DNA of 64,000 nucleotides, taken from Spirochaetia bacterium (GTDB lineage Bacteria > Spirochaetota > Spirochaetia > SZUA-6 > Bin103). The translations under genes were made by a program, and so were the position numbers. The stretch covers positions 288,001-352,000 of the forward strand of contig CBDBOV010000004.1 of the NCBI GenBank assembly GCA_965208575.1, given 5' to 3'. The notes beneath the pieces are model-generated. The model had not been told where the DNA came from and searched no databases. It saw only the letters and a program-made list of their open reading frames with translations. Positions 28,604 to 37,191 of the stretch are shown here, piece by piece (the first letter of the stretch is position 1; every line of letters starts with the position of its first letter).

Positions 28604-29809
28604 TCAGTCGGCGATCACCGCGGGCGCGAGGTCGCCGATGGACGCGCCGAGCCGGTCGGCGCTGCCGTGGCCGTTCGACTTCTCCTCCGGTTGTTGCGCC
28701 GTGGCCGGCAGCGGCACGTCGTACTGGTAGCCGGGCTCGACCTGCTGGCGGCGCCAGGTGGCGCGCATCTCCCGCCAGGCGGCGAATACCCACTTGGGCT
28801 CGGGGGTGTCCGCCGCGATCGCCTTGCCGAGGCGGCGCAGGTTGTAGCACGGCACGCCGGCGTACATGTGATGCTCCATGTGCCAGTTCATGCGCCAGTA
28901 CAGGAACGTGGTGAGCGGGTCGAGCTTGATGGAGCGCACGCACTTGCGGAAGTCGGCCACGTTGGTGCGCAGCCCGCAGTGCATCGGCAGGTGGGTGACG
29001 TAGCGCCAGAAGTTGGCGATGAAGATCGGCAGGCTGACCAGCACCGGCAGCAGCCAGAGCTGAAATACGATTGCCGCGGCCAGCACCAGGGCGTGGAACA
29101 GCAGGATCAGGCGCGCCCAGCGCACCGACTTGCGCAACTCCTCGGGGTGGCCGGCGTACACCGCCGTCAGCCATTCCGCCTTGGGGGATGCGAGTCCGCC
29201 CCGATCGCCGGTACCCGCCCTGTTCAGTGCCCTCTTGACGGTGTACCCGACGACCGGAATCAGCCCGGCGGTGTGCGGGCCGCCGGTGAAGTTGAGGGTA
29301 AGGATCTGCACCAGGAAGAAGAACCGGAACGTGGGCGAGCGCGGCAGCACCTCTTCACGGTCGCCGTTCGGGTGCAGCGTGTAGCGATGGTGGTAGGTGT
29401 GGCTCATCGCGTAGTCGTAGAAGTTGAACCAGGTGAGCAGCGCGTAGAAGCGCTTGAAGAACGTGTTGAGCACCTTGGTGCGGAACACGGTGCCGTGGGT
29501 AAGCTCGTGGTTGGCGGCGGCGTAGATGCTGCCCATGGTGCCGTGCAGGAACAGTGCCGCGGCAAACCCTATCCACGCCTGCCGCGCGAACAGGTGCCAG
29601 GTGAGCAATCCGCTCGCCGCCAGCAGGACCAGCGGGCCGACGGACTGGAACCAGCCCTTCAGGTCGCTGCGCTGCATCAGGCCGCGCAGCACGCGTGGAT
29701 CGATCGGACTCCGGTACCACCGTACGCGCATCGTACGCCGTACCTCGTCCAATGGTGGGTACGCCGCGGGCGCGCCATTCGCCGGTGCCGTGGTTGCCGC
29801 CTGTGCCAT
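28604..29809 (-). CDS. Fatty acid desaturase-family di-iron membrane oxygenase (MocD-like)
   Basis: Three His boxes HELTH, HTYHH, HMEHH; YAGVPCYNL; AAGGAGGT RBS. Confidence 0.85.
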   Translation of the reverse strand: MAQAATTAPANGAPAAYPPLDEVRRTMRVRWYRSPIDPRVLRGLMQRSDLKGWFQSVGPLVLLAASGLLTWHLFARQAWIGFAAALFLHGTMGSIYAAANHELTHGTVFRTKVLNTFFKRFYALLTWFNFYDYAMSHTYHHRYTLHPNGDREEVLPRSPTFRFFFLVQILTLNFTGGPHTAGLIPVVGYTVKRALNRAGTGDRGGLASPKAEWLTAVYAGHPEELRKSVRWARLILLFHALVLAAAIVFQLWLLPVLVSLPIFIANFWRYVTHLPMHCGLRTNVADFRKCVRSIKLDPLTTFLYWRMNWHMEHHMYAGVPCYNLRRLGKAIAADTPEPKWVFAAWREMRATWRRQQVEPGYQYDVPLPATAQQPEEKSNGHGSADRLGASIGDLAPAVIAD

Positions 29810-29939
29810 GCCGAGTCACCTCCTTGTCATGGGGAAGCATATCATGATCCGCCGGTGTGTCACCGGCACGGAGCAGCCGTTCCGTTACCTCCGGCAGCCC
29901 TGTCCGGCACGGCGCGCCGCCCGCCTGGCCCACCGTGCG

Positions 29940-29968
29940 TTGACGCGCCGGGCGGACAGTGCGAATCT
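29940..29968 (+). promoter_or_regulatory. Putative sigma70 promoter TTGACG-N17-GAATCT
   Basis: -35 at 29940, TG-extended -10 at 29963, in-frame GTG 7 nt later. Confidence 0.45.
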
Positions 29969-29990
29969 GCCCAATGTGAATCTGCCCAGT
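29961..29990 (+). repeat. 15-bp imperfect tandem duplication
   Basis: GCGAATCTGCCCAAT followed by GTGAATCTGCCCAGT. Confidence 0.75.
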
Positions 29991-31610
29991 GTGCTGAAGC
30001 GCGAGCTGCGAATAGACCACCGCTACCTGATCCTTCCGGTGCGCCGGCGAACGGCCGCCGAGGCAAGAGGCCAGTGGGGCGGAAACATGCGCCTGTGCCG
30101 CGACGGGCAGGTGCTGCGACACTTCGACATCGACCTCGCGGACGGCAGCGGCGACTACCAGGTGTTCAGCGACCTGCAGCCGTTTCTCGGGCAGCGGTTG
30201 CAGGTGGAGTTCGAGGGCTCGGGAGCGGATTCACTCGACGGCCTGCGCCTTGCGGCCGAGCCGGTGCCACCGGAGTCGCTGTACCGCGAACGCTTGCGGC
30301 CGCAGTTCCACTTCTCGTCGCGCAGGGGCTGGAACAACGACCCCAACGGCCTGTTCTGCTTTGGCGGCGAGTTTCACCTGCTGTACCAGCACAACCCGTA
30401 CAGCGTCGAATGGGGCAACCTGCACTGGGGGCACGCGGTAAGCCGCGACCTGGTGCACTGGACGGAGCGCCCGGTGGCCCTGTATCCGGATGCGCTGGGC
30501 GCCATGTCCACCGGCAGCACGGTGGTGGACTACGCCAATACCTCCGGCCTGGGCAGCGCCGACGCACCGGCGATCGTCGCCGTCTACACCGCCGGCCACG
30601 CTTCCTGGACGCCCGGTTTCGTGCAGTGCCTGGCCATCTCCACCGACGGCGGAACCACCTGGAGCAAGTACCACGGCAACCCGGTGATCGAGCACATCGT
30701 GCACCGCAATCGCGATCCCAAGGTGATCTGGCATCCGGAAACCGGGCGCTGGGTGATGGTGCTGTACATGGACCGCTTCGACTACGCCATCTTCACCTCG
30801 CCCAACCTGTTGCACTGGGAGCGGGTCAGCGACCTGGAACTGCCGCGCTGCACCGAGTGCCCGGAGCTGTTTCCGCTCGCCCTGGACGGGGAGCAGAAGT
30901 GGGTGTTCTGGGGCGCCAACACTACCTACCTGGTGGGCTCGTTCGACGGGCGCACCTTCCGCCCGGAGCAGGGTCCGCGCAAGCTGCAGCCGGACGGCAA
31001 CGGCTACGCCGCGCAGACCTGGAGCGACGTGCCGCCGGAGGATGGCCGCCGGATCCAGATGGCGTGGCTGCGGCAGCAGATGCCGGGCATGCCGTGGGGC
31101 CAGTGCATGACCGTTGCGCACAGCCTGGAGCTGCAGCGCCGCGACGGCCAGGTGCTGCTCACCGCGGACCCGGTACGCGAGTTGGAGAGCTTGCGGGCGG
31201 AGCGCTGGGAGGTGGCGGATACCGAGATCGCGCCGGCGCGGCCGCTGGAGGCCGAGGTGGGCGGCGAGCTGCTGGACGTGGAGGCGGAGCTGGAGCTGGG
31301 CGCGGCCGACTGCGTGGGCGTGGTGGTGCGCGGCGTGCCGGTGTTCTACGACCGTCGCCTCGGGGCGCTGTGCTGCGGCGAATACACGGTGCCGATGCCG
31401 GAGCCGGACGGGCCGTTTACCTGGCGCATCCTGGCCGACCGCGCCTCGCTGGAGTTGTACGCGGACGGCGGCGCGGTGAACATCGCGGCCGGCGTCATCC
31501 TGCCCGAGTGGGAGCGCTCGGTGCGGCTGGTGGCGGCGGGAGGCAGCGCGGTGGCGAAGCGGGTGACGGTGGCGCGGCTGCGGTCGGCGTGGCCGTTGGC
31601 GGAGGTTTGA
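29976..31610 (+). CDS. Glycoside hydrolase family 32 with N-terminal extra domain
   Basis: RPQFHF, WNNDPNG, WGHAVS.DL, RDPKV, ECPELF, YAAQTW; start GTG 29976 or 29991. Confidence 0.9.
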   Translation: MNLPSVLKRELRIDHRYLILPVRRRTAAEARGQWGGNMRLCRDGQVLRHFDIDLADGSGDYQVFSDLQPFLGQRLQVEFEGSGADSLDGLRLAAEPVPPESLYRERLRPQFHFSSRRGWNNDPNGLFCFGGEFHLLYQHNPYSVEWGNLHWGHAVSRDLVHWTERPVALYPDALGAMSTGSTVVDYANTSGLGSADAPAIVAVYTAGHASWTPGFVQCLAISTDGGTTWSKYHGNPVIEHIVHRNRDPKVIWHPETGRWVMVLYMDRFDYAIFTSPNLLHWERVSDLELPRCTECPELFPLALDGEQKWVFWGANTTYLVGSFDGRTFRPEQGPRKLQPDGNGYAAQTWSDVPPEDGRRIQMAWLRQQMPGMPWGQCMTVAHSLELQRRDGQVLLTADPVRELESLRAERWEVADTEIAPARPLEAEVGGELLDVEAELELGAADCVGVVVRGVPVFYDRRLGALCCGEYTVPMPEPDGPFTWRILADRASLELYADGGAVNIAAGVILPEWERSVRLVAAGGSAVAKRVTVARLRSAWPLAEV

Positions 31611-31618
31611 GGAAGACG

Positions 31619-32446
31619 ATGTCCCGACTCGACGTGACTCCGATCGCCGGCGCCCTGGGAGCCGAGGTGCGCGGCGTGGATCTGGGCGGCTCGCTGGACG
31701 CCGCCACCGTGGCGGAAATCCGGCAGGCGCTCCTGGACCACCTGGTGATTTCGTTCCCGGCGCAGGAACTGACGCCGAAGTCGCTGCTTGCGTTCGCGCG
31801 CTGCCTCGGCGAGCCACTCGAATACCCGCAGTTGCAGGGCCTGCCGGAGGCGCCGCTGGTGACCGCGGTCACCAAGCTGGAGCACGAGCGGGTGGCGTTC
31901 GGCGGCGTGTGGCACACCGACACCAGCTACCTGGAGAAACCGCCGCTCGGCAGCCTGCTGTACGCGGTGGAGCTGCCGCCGTATGGCGGCGACACCCTGT
32001 TCGCCAACCAGTACCTGGCCTACGAGCGCCTGTCCGAGGGGCTGCGCGAGACCCTTGCGGGCATGACCGCCATCTACACGTCGACCAAGCCGGCGGTGGC
32101 GGCCACGCGCGAGGACCGGCTGCGCGAACGCGGCGTGCAGGCGAAGGTGCTCACCAGCGAGCACCCGGTGGTGCGCACCCACCCGGAGACGGGACGCAAG
32201 GCGCTGTACGTCAACTGCGGGCACACGTCGCAGTTCAAGGGCTGGAGCGAGGCGGAGAGCGCACCGCTGCTGGAGTACCTGTTTCAGCACCAGGTGCAAC
32301 CGCAGTTCACCTGCCGCCTGCGCTGGCAGCCCGGAACCCTGGCGATGTGGGACAACCGCTGCACGCAGCACCTGCCGATCAACGACTACGACGGCTTCCG
32401 CCGCGTCATGCACCGCGTCACCCTCGCCGGCGACCAACCGCGCTAG
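31619..32446 (+). CDS. tauD: TauD/TfdA family Fe(II)/2-oxoglutarate dioxygenase
   Basis: LGAEV.GVDL, WHTD, GGDTLF, HPVVRTHPETG, WDNR.TQH, R.MHR; GAGG RBS. Confidence 0.88.
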   Translation: MSRLDVTPIAGALGAEVRGVDLGGSLDAATVAEIRQALLDHLVISFPAQELTPKSLLAFARCLGEPLEYPQLQGLPEAPLVTAVTKLEHERVAFGGVWHTDTSYLEKPPLGSLLYAVELPPYGGDTLFANQYLAYERLSEGLRETLAGMTAIYTSTKPAVAATREDRLRERGVQAKVLTSEHPVVRTHPETGRKALYVNCGHTSQFKGWSEAESAPLLEYLFQHQVQPQFTCRLRWQPGTLAMWDNRCTQHLPINDYDGFRRVMHRVTLAGDQPR

Positions 32447-32460
32447 CCTGGCCGCCGGCG

Positions 32461-32793
32461 TCACTCCTTGAGAGCCAGGTGGACGATGACCGGCACGGCC
32501 ACGCCCGCGGGCAGCGAGCCGGTCAGGCGCAGCCAGCCCCCGAAGTGGCGGACGCGCGCGAAGGTGGTCGGCCCCGGCGTGTGCGGGAGCGCGATCGCGG
32601 TTCCCTCGTCGGTCCAGTGGATGCCGTCGGGGGCGATCTGCACGCGGGCGACGGCCCCCGCGGGCACTTCGCCGTCGATCAGGCGAATGAAGAAGATCGC
32701 CTCGCGCGCCCAGGCGGACTCGTACGGCTCGGTGGCGTACTCGCCCTCCCAGGTGGTGCCCAACTCGATCGCCGCGGTGTGACTCTGTCTCAT
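32461..32793 (-). CDS. Conserved hypothetical protein (small beta-sandwich-like, YATEPYE motif)
   Basis: Good coding pattern, GGAGG RBS, motifs TEPYE..WA.EA.FF, VQIAPDG.HW.DEG, FGGWLRL. Confidence 0.75.
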   Translation of the reverse strand: MRQSHTAAIELGTTWEGEYATEPYESAWAREAIFFIRLIDGEVPAGAVARVQIAPDGIHWTDEGTAIALPHTPGPTTFARVRHFGGWLRLTGSLPAGVAVPVIVHLALKE

Positions 32794-32806
32794 CGGTTCC
32801 CTCCCG

Positions 32807-33661
32807 TCATGGGGCCGTGGAGACCGCGACGCTGTCCAGGTACAAGAACGCGCGCGTGGCGGCGTCGCTCTCCACGAAGAACACGACGTTCAGCATCGAC
32901 CACAGGTTGGGCATCGCCGGCAGCCGCATCGGCTCGATGCCGGCCACGTCCAGGTCGCGCTCGTTGCAGCGGAAGCCCAGGAACCGCATGCCGGCGAGGT
33001 CGAAGTCCATCCGCAGGTAGTACCAGTTGTGCTTGGTGGCGATCTCGTTGTAGCAGAGGCGCTGGCCGCCGCCGGGAATGTCGACCCAGTTGTTCGACTT
33101 CAGGTGGAAGTGCGACCACGTGTTGCCGCGGGTGCCGATGTCGATGAGCGGCTCGCGCTCGTTCTTGTACTGCCAGCGCTCCATGCGCCGGCCCTCGAAG
33201 GCGTTGAGGTAGCGGATGTGCGGCATGACCCGCAGCGGCTCGGCCGCCTGGCCGTCGGCGTGCTGCAGGTCGAGCACGACCCCGAATGCGCGCACCGCCG
33301 TCTCGCCGAGTTCGAGCTCGCTCGCCTCCGGCTTGAAGGTGACGACCGCTTCCACCCGCACCGGTCCGGCGGTGCGAAACGTGGAGCGCTTGATCGCGGT
33401 GCAGAAAGCGCCGGGCTTGGCGCGCGTGGCCAGCTTCAGCGCATAGGCGCCGCCGATCGCCCCGGAGGTGCCGGCGTCCCACATGGTCAGGTTGCTGAGC
33501 ATCGGCGGGCGCATGTCCATGTACTCCGGCAGCATCGCGTCGATGCGATCCTCGTAGTTGCCGATCAGCGCCCCCCACCCGTTCACTCCGGCATTGAAGT
33601 CGTCATAAAACAGCAACCTCTGCAACGGTTCGAACGACTGCAGCGTCGTGTATGCCTGCAT
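32807..33661 (-). CDS. Conserved hypothetical protein (resembles the family I recall as DUF6772)
   Basis: YDDFN.G.NGW, RPPMLS, YALKLAT, CYNE..TK.NW.Y; family name from memory, unverified. Confidence 0.7.
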   Translation of the reverse strand: MQAYTTLQSFEPLQRLLFYDDFNAGVNGWGALIGNYEDRIDAMLPEYMDMRPPMLSNLTMWDAGTSGAIGGAYALKLATRAKPGAFCTAIKRSTFRTAGPVRVEAVVTFKPEASELELGETAVRAFGVVLDLQHADGQAAEPLRVMPHIRYLNAFEGRRMERWQYKNEREPLIDIGTRGNTWSHFHLKSNNWVDIPGGGQRLCYNEIATKHNWYYLRMDFDLAGMRFLGFRCNERDLDVAGIEPMRLPAMPNLWSMLNVVFFVESDAATRAFLYLDSVAVSTAP

Positions 33662-33713
33662 GCGCCGGACTATCGCACGCCTCGCGCCCGCCCACAATGT
33701 TCACCGGGCCTGC

Positions 33714-35288
33714 TTACCAGGTGCCGGACAGCGGCCAGGTCGAGACCGACTCGAAGTGTGCCGTTCCTCCCTCCGCGACGAGGTCGACGGCGGTGGCGGA
33801 GGGGTCGGGATACAGGCGGTCGGTGAGGGCGGCGCCGCCGCAGTACACCTCCAGGATGGAGCGGTCCACGAAGATGCGCAGGGTTATGGTGCCTGACTCT
33901 CCGTGAACGGTGCCGGCTGGTGCGGTGACCTGCGGCGCCCGCAACTTGTCGGCGGCGCCCTGCAACTCGCGCCGCTCGTTGGCGGAGGGGTTGGCGTAGG
34001 TCTGTTCCGGGCCGAGCAGGCGGTCGATGCCGATGCGGTTGCTTGCCGGCTCGTACCAGACCCGCGCGGCCCGGCCGTCCGGTGACAGGCGCACCGCGGC
34101 GCCGAAGCGGTGAGCGGAGGTGCGCGACAGGTCGGCGGTCAGCTCCAGTTCCAGGGCATCGCCGGTCACTTGGTCCAGGTAGCCGCGTGTGCCGGGGGCG
34201 ACGGCCAGGTCGCGTTGCCGCTCGACCGGCCCGCGCAGGGTTTCGAGTTCTGGTATCGGGCGCTGGATCAGCTCGTCGCCGGCCAGTTCCAGGACGCGCG
34301 GGATGCTGTGCGCGCCGATCCAGTACGGCACCGTGTCTACCGGCGAGCGGGCGCCGACCACCCAGCCGTGCAGCAGGCGGCGCGGTGAGCCGCCCGGACC
34401 CTTGTCGTCGACCATGTGCGGATTGACGCAGTAGTAGAAGCCCTGGTCGATGAAGCGCGGTTCGCGCCGGTCGGGGTGGAAGCGGCGCGCCGCGCGGTCG
34501 TAGCTGCCGGTCCAGTAGGGGTTGTTGCGAGCACCGACCATCAACACGGCGCGGTCACCGAACGGGACCAGGTAGGGCAGCTCCCAGTAGCGGCGCCCGG
34601 GGTCGGGGTCCTCGGCGATGGTGCCGCGGTGGGTCCAGTACTCCAGGTCGGGCGAAGTCCACAGGTGGGCGGCGCCGCGCCGGCCGGCGCCCTCCCCCAC
34701 CGCGCCGCCGATGAGCTGCTGCCACAGCTCGTCCTCCTTCCACACCTGGGCGTCCCAGTGCACGGGCGAGGCGGCGTTGGGGCGCTGCTCGTTGCCCATC
34801 ACCTTGTGCTTGTGCCAGGTCAGCCAGCCGTCGGTGCTGCGTGCCAGGACGCCGTAGGTCTCGTCGTGGCCGCCGACGTTGCCGGTGTACAGGGCGCAGG
34901 GAAACCCGTCGTCGTCGATGAACGTGTTGCCGGAGTAGACGCCGGCCACGTCGTAGCGGCTGTCGGGCCACATCGCCACCGGCCAATCTTCCCAGTGCAC
35001 CAGGTCGGCGGAGCTGGCGTGGCCCCAGCAGATTCCGCTCTCGCTGCCGTTCGCGTACACCGGCCGGTACTGGTAGAACAGGTGGTAGACGCCGTCGTGG
35101 TAGATGGGGCCGTTGGGATCGTTGATCCAACCCTCCGGCGCCGTAAAGTGGTAGAGCGGCCGGTGCGGGTCGCCTGCCGCCATCCAGCGGCGCAACTCCC
35201 GGGCGGCGCCGGCGAACACTTCGCGTTCCTTGCTGGTCACCGCCACCCGGAAGTCGCGCACCTCCCTGGGCCACTGGTCCGCGTTCAT
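33714..35288 (-). CDS. Glycoside hydrolase family 32
   Basis: RPLYHF, WINDPNG, WGHASS.DL, YSG, WDAQV, WELPY, SIPR.L, D.SILE; GAGGAGG RBS. Confidence 0.88.
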   Translation of the reverse strand: MNADQWPREVRDFRVAVTSKEREVFAGAARELRRWMAAGDPHRPLYHFTAPEGWINDPNGPIYHDGVYHLFYQYRPVYANGSESGICWGHASSADLVHWEDWPVAMWPDSRYDVAGVYSGNTFIDDDGFPCALYTGNVGGHDETYGVLARSTDGWLTWHKHKVMGNEQRPNAASPVHWDAQVWKEDELWQQLIGGAVGEGAGRRGAAHLWTSPDLEYWTHRGTIAEDPDPGRRYWELPYLVPFGDRAVLMVGARNNPYWTGSYDRAARRFHPDRREPRFIDQGFYYCVNPHMVDDKGPGGSPRRLLHGWVVGARSPVDTVPYWIGAHSIPRVLELAGDELIQRPIPELETLRGPVERQRDLAVAPGTRGYLDQVTGDALELELTADLSRTSAHRFGAAVRLSPDGRAARVWYEPASNRIGIDRLLGPEQTYANPSANERRELQGAADKLRAPQVTAPAGTVHGESGTITLRIFVDRSILEVYCGGAALTDRLYPDPSATAVDLVAEGGTAHFESVSTWPLSGTW

Positions 35289-35301
35289 CCCTGGTACCTC
35301 C

Positions 35302-35445
35302 TCACGATGTCGATGATCGGGCCGGGTCGTGGGTGTGGCCGGCGTTGCACCGCCCCACCGCCATCTTCAGGAAGCGGCAGCGAATCTGCGGCGTCACCAG
35401 CAGGTTCGCGATATCATCGCGGTAGTCGTAGACGTTCAGAGCCAT
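35302..35445 (-). pseudogene. Truncated cupin-domain gene
   Basis: MALNVYDYRDDIANLLVTPQIRCRFLKM...GHTHD, then a stop within 8 codons; HxH cupin motif 1 present, motif 2 missing. Confidence 0.55.
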
Positions 35446-35544
35446 GATTCCGGTGCCGATCATGCTCCCGGAGGTCGGCCCGCGCAAGCCACGCGCAAGC
35501 CCGGTCGGGGTATGCACGGCAACGCGGCGGGAGTATCGTGCGGC

Positions 35545-36435
35545 ATGGTGCGCTACCCCGACCACGCCCGGCCCCCGGTGCCGATGACCGATGAGCAGAA
35601 GTTCTTCTTCGACCTGCGCGGCTGGCTGGTGTTGCCGGCGGTGCTCTCGGACGGTGAGCTGGAGGCGATGCGCGGCGAGTGCTACGCCGGCGTCGACCGG
35701 CTGGCCGAGCGCGCCGGCGGCGTGAAGGATGGCCACTCGGGAGTGCTGCAGACCCTGCTCGACCATCCGGCGGTGGCCGGCGTGCTGGCAGAGATCCTGT
35801 CCGAGGAGCCGTACGACCTGGACGAGTGCTACGGGTTCCGTTGCGAAGACTCGCACGTGATCATGCGGCCGCCCGGCTGGCGCAAGACCCGGCGCGGCGA
35901 CCAGGGCATGCCGCACGTGGTGCGCCCGCCGCAGATGGCCAACGCGATGCGCTACCAGGTGGCGGGCAACAGGATATTCTCCGGCCTGACCCGGGTGGTA
36001 TGGGAACTCGAAGAGGTCAAGCACGGCCGGGGCGGCACCTCGTTCCTGAGCGGCTCGCACAAGGCGCACTTCGGCTACGGCGGCCCCGACCGGTTCGCAT
36101 CCAGCGCCGAGGGCTCGCCGTGGCTGGCGGGCATATACGGCGCCATGGACACCTACGGCTGCCCCGCCGGCTCGGTGGTGATCTTCACCGAGAGCCTGCT
36201 GCACGCCGCCAACGACTGGACCAACCCCGACAACGGTCGCTGCGCCATCTTCCAGTGCTACAACTCGCTGTGGGCGCAGTGGCACCGACCCAACGTCACC
36301 CACGAGCAGGTGGAAGCGATGCCGCCGAAGCGGCGCACGCTGTTCCGCGGTGTCTGGCAGCTCGGCGGAAACACCGCCTACTCGGCCGGCAACCGCACCC
36401 TGATGCGCCCGTCGCCGCACGCACCCACCGGTTGA
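35545..36435 (+). CDS. Phytanoyl-CoA dioxygenase (PhyH) family protein, HxV variant
   Basis: EQKFFFDLRGWLV, LLDHP, GGT.F..GSHK, AGSVVIFTESLLH, late Arg; HVV where HxD is expected. Confidence 0.85.
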   Translation: MVRYPDHARPPVPMTDEQKFFFDLRGWLVLPAVLSDGELEAMRGECYAGVDRLAERAGGVKDGHSGVLQTLLDHPAVAGVLAEILSEEPYDLDECYGFRCEDSHVIMRPPGWRKTRRGDQGMPHVVRPPQMANAMRYQVAGNRIFSGLTRVVWELEEVKHGRGGTSFLSGSHKAHFGYGGPDRFASSAEGSPWLAGIYGAMDTYGCPAGSVVIFTESLLHAANDWTNPDNGRCAIFQCYNSLWAQWHRPNVTHEQVEAMPPKRRTLFRGVWQLGGNTAYSAGNRTLMRPSPHAPTG

Positions 36436-36518
36436 CCGGCGCACCCTGCCGGGGGCACCGCGCTCCTGCGCGCCGGATCGCCGGGCCGTTGCCAGGGCGC
36501 ACCCGTTCGGGGTAGTTG

Positions 36519-37139
36519 ATGCACTCCATGGACGGCGTGCACGGCTCTTCTCCGATCGGGGTTCGCATCCAGGTTACCGGCAACAGCGGGTCGGGCAAGA
36601 CCACCGTCGCCGAGCTGCTGGCGAATATGCTGGACGCGGATTTCGTCGACCTGGACGCCCTCAACTGGCAACCGGGCTGGCGGGCGCTCAACGATTCCGA
36701 TCCCGCGGAGCTGGAGCGCCGATTCCTCGCGGCGACCGCCGGCGAGCGCTGGGTGGCGTCCGGCTCGTACACGCGCCACTGCCAGCGCACCTTCTGGCCG
36801 TGCCTCGAGACCATCGTCTGGCTCGATCTGCCGCTGCGGACATGTGTCTGGCGGATCATCCGGCGCACCTGGCAGCGTTGGCGAACGCGCGAGTTGCTGT
36901 GGGGAACGAACTACGAGCGCCTGTGGCCCAACCTCATGGTCTGGCGGAAGGACAGCCTGCTGAACTGGTCCGTGACCCAACACTCCCGCAAACGGAATGC
37001 CATGCTCGCCTACCAGACCAACCCCCGCTGGTCCCACATCCGCTTCGTCCGACTCACCTCCCCGACCGAAGTGGATACATTCCTCGCCGCAATCGCCGAA
37101 CGCACGGCGCCAACCCGACAGCCGCCGGAGCGAGCGTGA
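36519..37139 (+). CDS. P-loop nucleoside monophosphate kinase-like protein (adenylate kinase/FlaR-like)
   Basis: GNSGSGKTT, DLDAL.W.PGW, WV..G.Y, VWLDLP. Confidence 0.85.
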   Translation: MHSMDGVHGSSPIGVRIQVTGNSGSGKTTVAELLANMLDADFVDLDALNWQPGWRALNDSDPAELERRFLAATAGERWVASGSYTRHCQRTFWPCLETIVWLDLPLRTCVWRIIRRTWQRWRTRELLWGTNYERLWPNLMVWRKDSLLNWSVTQHSRKRNAMLAYQTNPRWSHIRFVRLTSPTEVDTFLAAIAERTAPTRQPPERA

Positions 37140-37191
37140 ATGTCGGCGACACGAAAGACGATTTGGTATTCGACGCGACAGGCGTTATGTA

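Noticed and set aside
28538-32446. 1302-aa ORF in the track
   Set aside because: Mostly shadow of the desaturase (antisense) and GH32 (other frame); only the last 275 aa (TauD, with its own RBS) are real
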